Shown here: positions 37,901 to 49,900 of the stretch, piece after piece
Numbering within the stretch: the first letter of the stretch is position 1
How the letters are laid out: every line of letters starts with the position of its first letter
Position numbers and translations under genes: made by a program
Origin: Cyanophora paradoxa CCMP329
Taxonomy: Eukaryota > Plantae > Glaucophyta
Reading direction: 5' to 3'
Assembly: GCA_004431415.1 (NCBI GenBank)
Contig: QPMI01000408.1
Coordinates: 992,001-1,056,000 of the forward strand
DNA length: 64,000 nt
The notes under the pieces: generated by a model
What the model saw: the letters and a program-made list of their open reading frames with translations, nothing else
Database searches by the model: none
Told to the model about the DNA's origin: nothing

Positions 37901-40900
37901 GCGCCCCAGCGATCGCGAGTCTGACGAGTTCTCGCGCAGGGCAACTCGTCCCTGGTCATCCCCATCGAAGTCCTTCCCCAGAGTCCGTCCGATCTCTCCA
38001 TCAAGACAGAGGGCACGCCGGTGGCGGGCCGCCCCATCAAGGCGATGGCGTTCGCGGACAAGGGCGACGACCCGATGGCGTTCCGCTGGGACGCACTGAC
38101 CGAGGGCGACGGGTTCGCCATCCCGGATACCAACGCCACGTACTGGGAGGTGTGGGGGCAGGAGGTCAGCTTCACGCCGGCGTCGCCAGGAGACCGGACC
38201 GTCCGTGTGACGGCCTTCAACCCGGCGGGGAACGTGAGCCGCGACTTCGTGATCTCGGTCAGCGGGGCGCCGCCTTCGGTGCCCAAGATCCGCACCGCAA
38301 ACGGCAACGCGTCGGCCCCGATGGAGGGAACTGCTTTCGAGATCTCTGCAGAGGTCGAGTCGGGCAACGGCCCATTCACGTTCGAGTGGAAGCTAGAGGC
38401 AGTCAGCGTCGAGGGCGAGCGGTGGATCTGCAAGCGGCCCATTGCAGAGTCGGTCGTCACCAAGAACACGGGCGCCAATCCGACCACCCTGCACACCTTC
38501 ACTGTGCGTTGTTTCGAAGCCGCTTTTGAGATTTAATCGCTTTCAAAATTTTCGATGTCGGCGCTGACGCGCGGTTTCATGGCACACAGGAGGGAGGCCC
38601 CAAGCGCGTGACGGTCGTCGTGTCGAGCCGCTGGGGCAGCGCGCAGGCCTCCCTCGAGTTCGACGTCGCGGGCGCGCAGCCGATCAACGTCTCGATCGCC
38701 GTGGAGCCCTCGGTCGTGGTCGTGGGCGAGAACAGCACCGTCGCCGTCTCCTGGTCGGGCACGGGCCCCTTCGAGGTCGCCCTCAACTTCCCCGCGTCGA
38801 ACTTCACCCTGCACTCCACGGGCGTCCGGCGCGTCGGCGACTGCCGCTTCAAGGTCGACTTCCCGTACTTCTTCGCCTCGCGCGGTGCGTGAAAGGCCGT
38901 CCCACCCGCGCGCGATCGCGAGTCCCGCTGAAGGAACTCTGCCCGTGCTGGAACCAGGCGCGACTTCGTTCTTCGCGGCCGTCATGAATTCCTGGCGAGT
39001 CGCCGTGGCGAGCGCGGAGGTGGACGCCCTGTGGACGCGGTCAGCGCCGGTCGCGGCGAAGCGGCGCGGGCTCCTATCGACAGCTGCGGCCGACCCGGAC
39101 CCATGCACGACCCGCGATCTCTGCGGCACCTGCAATGGCCAGAACGCGTGCCTCGACTGCGCCGGCACTGTCAACGGCCTGCTCCGCAAGGACGAATGCG
39201 TGCGTACTCTAATTGCATTAGAGATGCCGGGGCGCCGTAAATATTGTATGATAATGATGCGCTTCTGACGCCTTTTTGCAGGGCGTGTGCGGTGCCGACG
39301 GCACCTCCTGCAAGGGCTGCGATGGCGTAGTCAACGGCAAGACCTACGACGCCTGCAACGTGTGCGGCGGGGACAACACGGAATGCCGGCCCGTCCTGGC
39401 GGCCACCAACCCCCTCTTCCCTACCTCGGGCAACCGTCGAGTGCCGGTGGTCCTGACGATTCGTGGCTCCAACATTCTCGGGGTACGTTTTTCCCGCGCT
39501 TTCCATCAGCCTCCAATTTCGCTCTGACGCACCACCCTTGCGCGCGCTTAGACGGAGGACCTCGCCTGCCTGTTTGGCAGTGTTCGCGTGCCTGCCCGAC
39601 TCATCCGCAGTCCCGACGACGTTCACTCGGTCCTGTGCACCGCGCCTCTGAGCCCGCAGACCGGCCCCGTCGCCGTCTCTGTCCAGTTCACGCGCGTGGC
39701 GAGCAAGGTCGCCCTCGGCGTGCAGGCGGTGAACACGTTCCGCACGGCGCCCGTCACCTACACGTACCGCGACGGCGCGGGCTCCCTGGTTGCGATCGTT
39801 CCCGCGTCCGCGCCCGCGTTCGGCGCCGGCTCCACATCGATCACCGTCTATGGTTCCGGGCTGCTGCAGGCGGACAGCAACGCCTTCGTGCAAGTCGACG
39901 GGCGGACTATTCGTCCGACGAACTTCAGCCAGGACGGCTGTTCTTTTGCATTCAGTCTGCCTCCCAAGGGTTCGTTCGCGTTTAATTTCCGATCTTGAAC
40001 GCGCAAGAAAGCATCTCTAGATCTCTGACCTTCGATCCGTCTAGGTGCGACACATCCGTACGAGCAGACGCTGAACTACCTGCCGGACGGACGCGAGGCG
40101 GCGCAGAACCCGCTGGCGATCAGCTACTTCAACTATCCGGTTGTGCCCACGCAGCTGTCCCCGTCCCGCGGCTGGCTCTCCGCCTCTTCCCCCTCCGCGA
40201 TCCGCCTTGTTGGCCAGAACCTCGGCGGCCTCCCCAAGGACGCGAGGCGAGTGAGACTGACCCGCTCTTCTGACGAGGTACTCTTCAAATTCGACCCGCT
40301 CTTCTGACGAGGTACTCTTCAAATTCGCAGGTGCCGCTGGTCGATCCCGGGAGGAGCCGCAGGCACGGAAGTGGAGGTGCAGGCGATCCGCACCGATGGC
40401 GGCGTGTCCTGCCCCGCCCCCGTCCCCGTCCGCGAGTCGGCGTGGGGCGCGCGCGGCCAAGCCGGGCTGCCGAAGCTCGGCGCGGACTGCTCGAAGCCGT
40501 CGTCGGGCCCGTGCACGTGCCAGGCAACGGCGAGTGCGAGCGACACGCCCGCCCCATCCTTCGAGATGCGGCTCTCGGATTCGGCTTTTGCCGGCGCCAC
40601 ATTCAGACTCCAGGTCGCTCTCGCCCCGAACGGCGTCAGCTTTGTTGAGGAACACAAGCTGGATTTCATCTTGTTTGGTGCGAATCGATGTCTATGTGCT
40701 ATTTCATCTCGTACGCTGATTGCATTTGTTCTTTTGCCTCCACGCAGCTCCGGTTGAGGTGGAGAGCGTGGCGCCAACGAGGGTCCCCGCTACTGGCGAC
40801 ACCCCGTTGACGATCACGCTCAGCTCGCAATCCTATGGAATGCTGAAGTCGCTGCTTGCCGACGCCTCCGTTTTCGTCAACGGCGTCGAATGCTCGGGTC

Positions 40901-43900
40901 TCACCTTGGGAGCCGCGCCGTCCTCGCTCTCTTGCGTGACGGGCGCGATGTCCGCTTCGCCTGCAGCGCCCATCGCCTTCAGCCTGGCCCCCGGCTCTGG
41001 CCGGTCCGCTGCGACTGGCGCTGCATCCACCATCAAAGTCTTCGGTGCGAGAGGCGCTAGCGCTGACCGCGAATTTCCTTCGAAATTGCCATTTATGCCT
41101 CTTCACACTCGTGCAGGGGATCCGATCGTGTCGTGGGGCGCTGCGCCGACTCCTGTGCTCGCGTCCATCTACGGTGGCGTCTCCATCACGGTGGCCGCAA
41201 CCGACGACGGCTCCTCGGCGTTCGATTTCACGGCGTTCGGCCTCCCCAAATGCGCCATCGCCTCCATGGCTTCCGCGTCAGCGCCGCTCGAGATCCTCGC
41301 TTCTTGGTCCGCGGTGTCGGCTGCGAACGGCAACGTCAACTGCGGCGCCCTGCCTGAAATGCAGGGCGCTGTTCCCGGCGCCTCGCTGCCTCTCGACTAC
41401 TACATCGTGCTCTCCGTCACGAACGGCGCGAGCTGGTCGCGCCAAAGCAGCGCTGCGATCACCGTCTATGGTGCGGCGTCCATCCCTCCTTCTCGTACGA
41501 TATTCTCGTGACAGCGCACGGCGCGGCAGACGCGATGAGTCCTACCTCGGTGTTCCCCCGCGCGGCTGTGTCTTCTCAGACCTCCTCGGGGCCGGTGCTG
41601 GTCACCGGGCGGCTGCTCTATGTGCCGGGCCGCACCCGCTGCCATTTCGGCAGCATCGCGGTGGACGCCCTCCCTGAGAGCGCAAACGACGCGATCAAGT
41701 GCCCCGTGCCGGGCTCGCAGCAGCTTCCGGTCGGACCGTACTCGCTCGCCATCTCCCTGGGCTCTCCTCGCGATCTCAACCAGTTCGTACCGTTCTCCGT
41801 CATTGGTGCGTCTGCTCGCTTTGATTCGCCTGCGCCTCCATTGTGTACGGCCACGGAAGTTAGCGCACGCGTGCTGATGCGGACTCCGCAGCCCCGTTCA
41901 CAGTCGACGCGACGGCAACTCGTCCTGCAATGCTCAAGCTTGCCGAAGTGTGCCCGGCCTCCAGCTCTGGCGTGCGTCCACCTCGATGCCCGCATTGCAA
42001 TTGCAATTGATTTTCCTGTTTTCTGAACGCGCCTGCCGCGCGCAGTCCGCCTGCGTCTCGGTCACCATTACGGGGACCGGGTTCACCAACACGGGCCCGC
42101 TCGCGCTGCTCTGTCGGCTGCGGTGGGGCCAAGCTCCGGACGAGGCGACGGAGAATCCCGCCGTCTTCGTGAGCGCGACGGCCGTCCGCTGCGCGCTCCC
42201 GAACCTCGGGGACATGTGGACGGGCGACTTCGCCGTGGCGGTCGCGTTCGACGGCGCCTCGTTCGTCGAGGCCGGCTCAGTCACCGTGTGGGACGACGCG
42301 CGCGCGCCCTCTCTAGGGGGCCTTCTGCCCTCGTCGGCATCCGCCGACGCCACGACCGCGCCGACCGTCACGCTCTCCGGCACCAACTTCGCCCCAGTCG
42401 CTGGATCGTTGAAGTGCCTCTGGGCGGACATGAACGGCGCGGAAATCCAGACGGCCGCGGCCTTCCGAAGCACCACTTCGGCAACCTGCGCCGTCCCATC
42501 TTACAGCAATATTGCAGCTCGTAAAACGCTGCAGCTACGCGTCGCCAATGCGGAACCCGCCGAGGCCAGCGCTGGCTCCGTTCCGTTCACTTACGGTAAG
42601 AACTAATGAGCAAACTTGTCCCTCGCCAATAATTGCAGCATGGCATCTAACTCGACTTTTATTCGCCAGTGCTCGTGAGCGTTACGACCAGCACAGCCTC
42701 CATCCCCTCTACTGTGAAGGCCGGCGAGACTGCTGTGTTCTCTGTGACGGCGTTCCAATCGAACGGCGCTCTATCCACCGATTCTGGCATTTGTGCGCGA
42801 AAGCGGTTTCATTTCGCTTTTTAAAATCCAATAATCGAACAAATTCGCAGCCTTCAAGATTGTTGTCACCCCGCAGTCGACGCAGCTTCCGAGGGAGACG
42901 CGAACGTTCGAAGTCGGCATCGGCTCGGGCGCGACGGGCTCTGTCTCTTTCACAGAGAGCGTCGCCGGCTCGTACTCGGTGCAGGTCCTCCTCGGAAACG
43001 ACGCGATCAAGACGGCGACGCTAGTCGTCGAGCCGCAGCCTGCCAGCTTGGACGCGTCGTCGGCCACTGTCACGCTGACCTCCCTATCGGCTGGCAGTGT
43101 TTCCGGCAGCGTTTCGGCCCGCATCCGCGACCGCTATGGGAACGCGATATCGGGGGCTTCGGTCGTTGTATCCGTTCGGAAGGCTGCGGGCGATGCGCTG
43201 GTGTGGACGCAGACGACTGTCACCCCAGCAAGCGGGTCAGTCGCCATCAGTCTTCCTGCATCGAGTCTGGTGGCCGCAACGAGCTACGTCCTCTCGGTTT
43301 CCCTCGACGGCGCGGATCTCTCGGGTGCCACGACGAGCTTCGCCGTCGTTCCGGGCGCCCCGAATGCGGGCAAGACACTAGTGTCCCTCCGGGGGTGCTC
43401 GCCGCTGGTCGCAGGCGGCTCCTGCAACGTCGAGGTCGTCGTTCGGTGCGATCTCGATCTCCCCTGCTTCCCCCCTGCAATGAGTCTATATCTGACCCGA
43501 ACGGACGACCGTTCCGCAGGGACGCGCACGAGAATGTGATTCCGCCGTCCAGGGCCGATGTGCAGGAAGTGGCCATGGATCTGTTCGAGGCGGTTCTGGA
43601 TCCAGCGGCTGCGACGAAGGCATCCGGATCCTCTTCGGCCGTCGCCGTCGACGGCTGCTCCTTCCCGCAGTACGCGCCCGCAACCTCGTCGTCCGAAGTG
43701 AAACGCACAACGGCCGCGCTTTCGCCCGGCGCGGACGGCGCTTCTTTCACGACGACGGTGACCTTGTACACCGCGACGACCTATCGCGTTGCTCTCACGC
43801 TGAAGACGAGCGACGGGGCCGTCCTCACGCCGCCTCTGCCAATCACTCCGCATATTTCTGTGGTTGCAGGTGCGAGATTGTGGCCGTCTCACCTCGACAT

Positions 43901-46900
43901 CCGTCTGAAATACGTGACTTATTGGCTCTTGTTTTCGTAGGCGACCAGTCGCCTGCGCACACATTGTTGGCGGAGCCCGTGCAGAACACGATTGAGGCCG
44001 GCGTCGGTCGCGCTTGCCTCACATTCGTCGCCCTCGACCGGTGAGATTTCGCTCATTGATATCACCATAAAATTGTTTTTTGGTCCGACATCCATGAATT
44101 GACTCCATGCGGATGTGCGCAGCTACGGCAATGCACGTGTCGGCGTTGAAAACGTTTTCCCGTGGAGCCTCCAGCTCGTCGGGTCGCCGGCGACGGATCT
44201 GTCCGACGTGACCATCTCTGGCGGCGTTGCGTCGCTGGGGGCGGCTCGTTACGGAGTTGCCGTGGGCAGCAGGCTCGCGGGCAGCCTCCAGTTTGTGCTT
44301 GGCGGCGGCTTCGCCCCGCTTGCACTGACAGTGACGCCCTCCGCCGCCGACGCGGCGCAGACCCTCCTCTCCGTGCCGGCGGGGTCCATTCCCACGGCCG
44401 GATCGGAACTCGTCCTCCGCGTTCTGGTGCGCTTTTGCTTGTTTGCGTGCTCTCGACATCGGTTCTTCAGGTCTCTGAAGCCGGCTCTCTTGCGCGCGCA
44501 GATCCGCGATGCGTACAAGAACGCTCTGAGCCTCGGGACTTGGGGAGCGATCGACGATCACCTCCGCGTCTCCGTAACCGCCGTCGGCGAGACGCAGCCG
44601 GCAGCGGCGGCGCACCCGCCCTCGGTGCAGCTCGAGTACACTGCGTCAAAGGACGCCGTCCTCGCGCGCCTGCTTGTCGTGCCCATGGGCACCTTCCGCG
44701 TGGAAGTCTCCATGCGCAGCGCGGCGACCTCCGCCTTCGCGCAGTCCGTCGCCCACGCGCTCCTCTTCCAGCCGGCGGCCGCGCCGGCCATCTCGAGGGC
44801 CGTCTTCGCGCCGACTGGCGACGCCGTCGACGTGCAGTTCGACATGAACACCAACATGGCCGGCATGGTTAACCCGGACAGCGGATTCGTGGCAAGCGAA
44901 GACTGCAGCCGCGTCCTGTCCCCTGCCACCGTGCTTCTCCTTGAAGGAGGTGCCTTCAGTTCTCTGCACGCGCCCGCCGCGCTCCGCACGGCTCACCGGG
45001 CAGCGCAGCGTCGTGCGCGTGGCCGAGCCCGTCCCTGCTCGTCATTTCGCTCGGCAAGGCGAGCTCCGTCATGCCCGGGGACAACATCGCCGTCAAGGCC
45101 GGCGTCCTCGTGCGTTTGCTCATTAGATACTTTGGATTATGTGCATGATGCTTAATGCTTAGACCTCGGTCGTTGGATCATAATCAGATGCTTAAACATT
45201 ATGCGCATCATTAGATGCTTTCGATTTGATTGATGGTCGTACATTATGCTTAAGCGGGGTGGCCCGCAGGCCAACGCCATCCAAAACTCTATGCTGTCGA
45301 CGGCATCCTCCACTCTCCTTGCGCCCCTGCGGCCGCTCGTTCCTTCCGCAACTGCCGTGGCGCCACCGGTCGTGAGCGCGTGCTCGGAGCTGCTGCTGCA
45401 GGCCGTGTCGATCTCCGGCGGCGGCAATCGCGCCGTCACCCTGACCTGGTCGTCTCGGGTTGTGAGCCCGCAGGGCGCCGCGGCCGTCGCGGCGGCTCTC
45501 GACGCCGCCATTGCGGCGCAGCAGGGGCGCGCGAGCGTCAACTTGACTGCCATCGTGCGCGGCCTGCCCGACAACGCGGAGCTCGAGTTCTCCCTCACGG
45601 CGCGCAACTTCTTCGGCAACCGGGGACCTGTGTCGTCCGTCCGCGTTGCAAAGCGGTCCGACCTGACGGTCAGCTCTGTCATCCGCGGTTCCTCCTCGCT
45701 GTCCCTTCAACGCACCGCCTCCCTCGACCTGTGGGCGGAGGTCGCCGTGGCCAGCTGCGATCCCGCCGCCAGCACCGTCCCGCGCCTCGCGTGGTCTGTT
45801 GCGGAGCCGCAGGGAATCGACCTCGCCTCACACACCAGCGTGGCGGACCGCCGGCTTCTCCTCGATCTCGCGAAGCTCGACACGCGTGCGTTCGGGTCCA
45901 TGCGGCTCCAGTTCCAGGCGGAGGTCGACGGCGCCGCGGCTTCCACCGCCTCTGTTCTGCTGACGTTTGTGCCGTCGCCGGTATCCGTGAGGCTCGACAA
46001 GAGCGGCACTGTGCTGGTCCCCACGAACGGCGACCTGCAGCTGACGGCGACAGCCACTGACCCCGACTCGGCCACGACATCGGACTGGACCTATGCGTGG
46101 ACTTGCACGGATGCTTCCGGGTCGCTTTGTGCGGGCAGCGACTTCCTCGGTGCGTCGTCGCCCTGCGGATACACGCCCTTAAGCTTCGTTCCTCCATCTG
46201 ACGCCGTCGACGAAACCGCAGATGCTGCCACTGGCAGGACGGTTCTGCTCCCGGGGTCTTTCTTCCGGTCGGCAGGCGCGACGTTCCTGTTCACTGTGAC
46301 CGTGCAGTCTGCCAGCAAGCGAGCGGTTCTCGAGTCCGGAAGCTACGCAAAAGCGAGCTCCACCGTCTCGGTCTTCCCGGCGGACAACGTGCCAGTTGCA
46401 AGCAAGAGCTCCGCGACGCTCCCGTCCTCCCTGGTGGCCGGAGACACAGCCACCTTCCGAATGACCGCGCTGGACGAGAACGGCGACCCCCCAACGCAAG
46501 CGGGCGTCGGTGCGTGAAATCTCAGCTGCGTCGTTTATCATTAAACGTGCGGATATCTAACTAGTACTGGACGTGCGCCATGGCAGCGTTCACGATCGTG
46601 GTGTCTGCCAAATCGACGCAGCGTCCGCGGGCTGCTCGGGAGTTCACCGTCGTCGTCGGTCAGAACGGAGTCGGGTCGATGTCCTTCTCAGAGAGCTACG
46701 CGGGGCACTACTCGGTGCGAGTCATGCTCGCGAATGAGGAGCTCAGCTCCTCGCCGTACGACCTCCACGTGCTGCCGGCGTCGGTCGACCCGGTGATGTC
46801 GACCGTTGCTTTCACGTGGGGCTCCCTCGAGGCCGGCGCCTCCGTCGGCGTTGCGCTGGCGACCGTTAGGGATCGCTTCGGAAACACAATCGATGGACAA

Positions 46901-49900
46901 ACCGTCTCGTTGACGTACTCGGGTCCGGGCGCGTTGCCAGCTCCGATCCCGCCTCTGACCACGTCCTCTGGTGGCGTCGTCTCTCTTGACCTCCCGCCTC
47001 TCAACAAGACCGGGACATACGCTCTGATGATCACTGTCGCGGGTAGCAACATCACCGGGAGCCCCGCAACGTTCACCATCACGCCCTCGGCTCCGGACCT
47101 TGGCGAGTCCACCCTCACCGTCGACTGGAGCTCCCCGCAGCTCGTCGCTGGCGCACAGGGGCGCACCGCGACCGTTGTTGTGCGGGACCGCTTCGGAAAC
47201 GCGATCGACGGCGCTGCAGCTGTCCTCAAAATCACGACGGTGCCGCCGGGCCTTCAAGTCTGGACGGAAACGGCATACACGGCTTTGGGGGTCGCCTCGG
47301 CGACCCTTCGGGCTATCAACGAGGCCGGCTCCTACTCGCTGGCGGCTACGATCCGGGGCCTGGACGTGGCTGGCAGCCCGAGAGCCTTTACAGTCGTTCC
47401 GGCCGCGGCCAACGTGTCCAAGACAACCGTGACCTTCAGCGGGTGCACGGCCATGGCTGCCGGGGACTCCTGCGGCGTGACGGTCGTTGTGAGGTGCGGG
47501 AGTGATTTTAATGCAATATATATAAGGGCCTGCCATGCATTCGGTCTGCTGACGGGCTCCAAACCAAACCAGGGACGGATTCGAGAACGTCATCGCCCCT
47601 TCGACCTCGGGCTCGACGGCGGTGACCCTGCGCCTGCTGGAGTCGGCCATCGGGCAGGCGGAGCGCGGCTCGGCTTCGACGACCTCCCTTGGCGGGTGTT
47701 CGTTCCCAACGTACACGGTGCCCGCTGCGGCGCCCGAGTCCCTGCGCGACACGATCACGCTGGCGGCTTCCGACGACGACGGCACCGCCTTCGCCGCGGC
47801 GCTGCCGCTCACTACGGCCGCCGCGTACCGCGTCGAAGTCCTCGTGGACGGCGTCGCGGTGCCTTCGGCTGCGCTTCCCAGCGCCCCTCAAATCACTGTC
47901 GTCCCCGGTGCGCACGGACGAGCAACACGTCTTCTATACCTATCGATCCCGCTCTTGATTGACTTTGCGCTCGCAGGCGACCAGTCCCTTGGCGACTCGC
48001 TCTTGGCCGAGCGCGTGGCCGATCCTACCTTCCGCCCGTCGATCGAGGCCGGCGTCGGACGCGCGTGCCTCACGTTCGTGGCTCGCGACCGGTTCGTGCC
48101 TCAGTTGCTCCGAACGTTTTCCGCACAGTCCGATGTTTTTGTTTTGCGCGACAGGTTCGGTAACACTCGGTTCCTTGGGAGCAACAGTTTCCCCTGGACT
48201 CTCACGCTGCTGGCGTCGCCGTCGCTTAGCCTGACAGCGACCACGCTGTCCTCGGGACCCGCGTCGCTGGGTGCAGGTCACTACGGAGTTGCAATCGGGA
48301 GCACGCTGACCGGCGACTTCGAGCTCACTCTCAGCCAAGGCTTCGCCCCGCTCGGCATCGCCGTCAGCCCGTCCGCTGCCGACGCGGCACGCAGCACCGT
48401 CACATTCGACGGCTGCTCTGGACTGATTGCGGGCGCGTCGCAAACGTGCAGTGCGACGGTGTCTGTCCGGTGCGCATTTAAGCAACTTTTATGTGTCTAC
48501 AAGACAGCTGTTTGACGCGGGCACGCGCGCTCAGGGACGCGTTCGGCAATACCGCGCAAGACGGGACCACGGTCGTGTTCACCATAGCGCAAGGAGATCG
48601 GCTCCTTGCATCCGGCGAGGCATCGTCCGTCTCTGGCACAGCGGCCTACAGCTACGAAACGACGGCTGCCACTCTTCTCCCTGGAACTTACAGCTTGAGC
48701 GCATCTGTTGGCGGTTCCACAATTGGCGATTCCAAACAGCTTATTGTAGCCAGTCCGCCGACTCCGTCGCCAAGCCCGAGCCCGTCGCCCAGCCCGTCGC
48801 CGACGGAGACGCCGAGCCCGAGCCCATCGCCCAGCCCGTCGCCGACGGAGACGCCGAGCCCGAGCCCGTCGCCCAGCCCGTCGCCGACGGAGACGCCGAG
48901 CCCGAGCCCGTCGCCCAGCCCGTCGCCGACGGAGACGCCGAGCCCGAGCCCGTCGCCCAGCCCGTCGCCGACGGAGACGCCGAGCCCGAGCCCGTCGCCC
49001 AGCCCGTCGCCGACGGAGACGCCGAGCCGAGCCCGTCGCCCAGCCCGTCGCCGACGGAGACGCCGAGCCCGAGCCCGTCGCCCAGCCCGTCGCCGACGGA
49101 GACGCCGAGCCCGAGCCCGTCGCCCAGCCCGTCGCCGACGGAGACGCCGAGCCCGAGCCCGTCGCCCAGCCCGTCGCCGACGGAGACGCCGAGCCCGAGC
49201 CCGTCGCCCAGCCCGTCGCCGACGGAGACGCCGAGCCCGAGCCCGTCGCCCAGCCCGTCGCCGACGGAGACGCCGAGCCCGAGCCCGTCGCCCAGCCCGT
49301 CGCCGACGGAGACGCCGAGCCCGAGCCCGTCGCCCAGCCCGTCGCCGACGGAGACGCCGAGCCCGAGCCCGTCGCCCAGCCCGTCGCCGACGGAGACGCC
49401 GAGCCCGAGCCCGTCGCAAAGCCCGTCGCCGACGGAGACGCCGAGCCCGAGCCCGTCGCCCAGCCCGTCGCCGACGGAGACGCCGAGCCCGAGCCCGTCG
49501 CCCAGCCCGTCGCCGACGGAGACGCCGAGCCCGAGCCCGTCGCCCAGCCCGTCGCCGACGGAGACGCCGAGCCCGAGCCCGAGCCCGTCGCCCAGCCCAT
49601 TGCCGGGTGTGATTTCCGTCGTCCCGTCGTCGCAGCTCGTCGTGTACCGCCCGCCCGACAACTTCACGGTCACGCCGCCCACCCTCGCGGTCACTGTCGC
49701 CAGCGTCGACTTGGCGGCTGCAACCGGCCTGCGGTGCACCTTCCGATCGGTCGGGAGCATTAGCGCGGCAACGATTGAAACGGCGGCTACTGTCGTTAGC
49801 GCATCGGCGCTGCAGTGCCCTGCTCCGGCGCACCCGCGGTTCCTGCCGGAGCTCTGGAACGTGACCTACCGTGTGGACGTCGTTGCTGCCGGCATGACAC

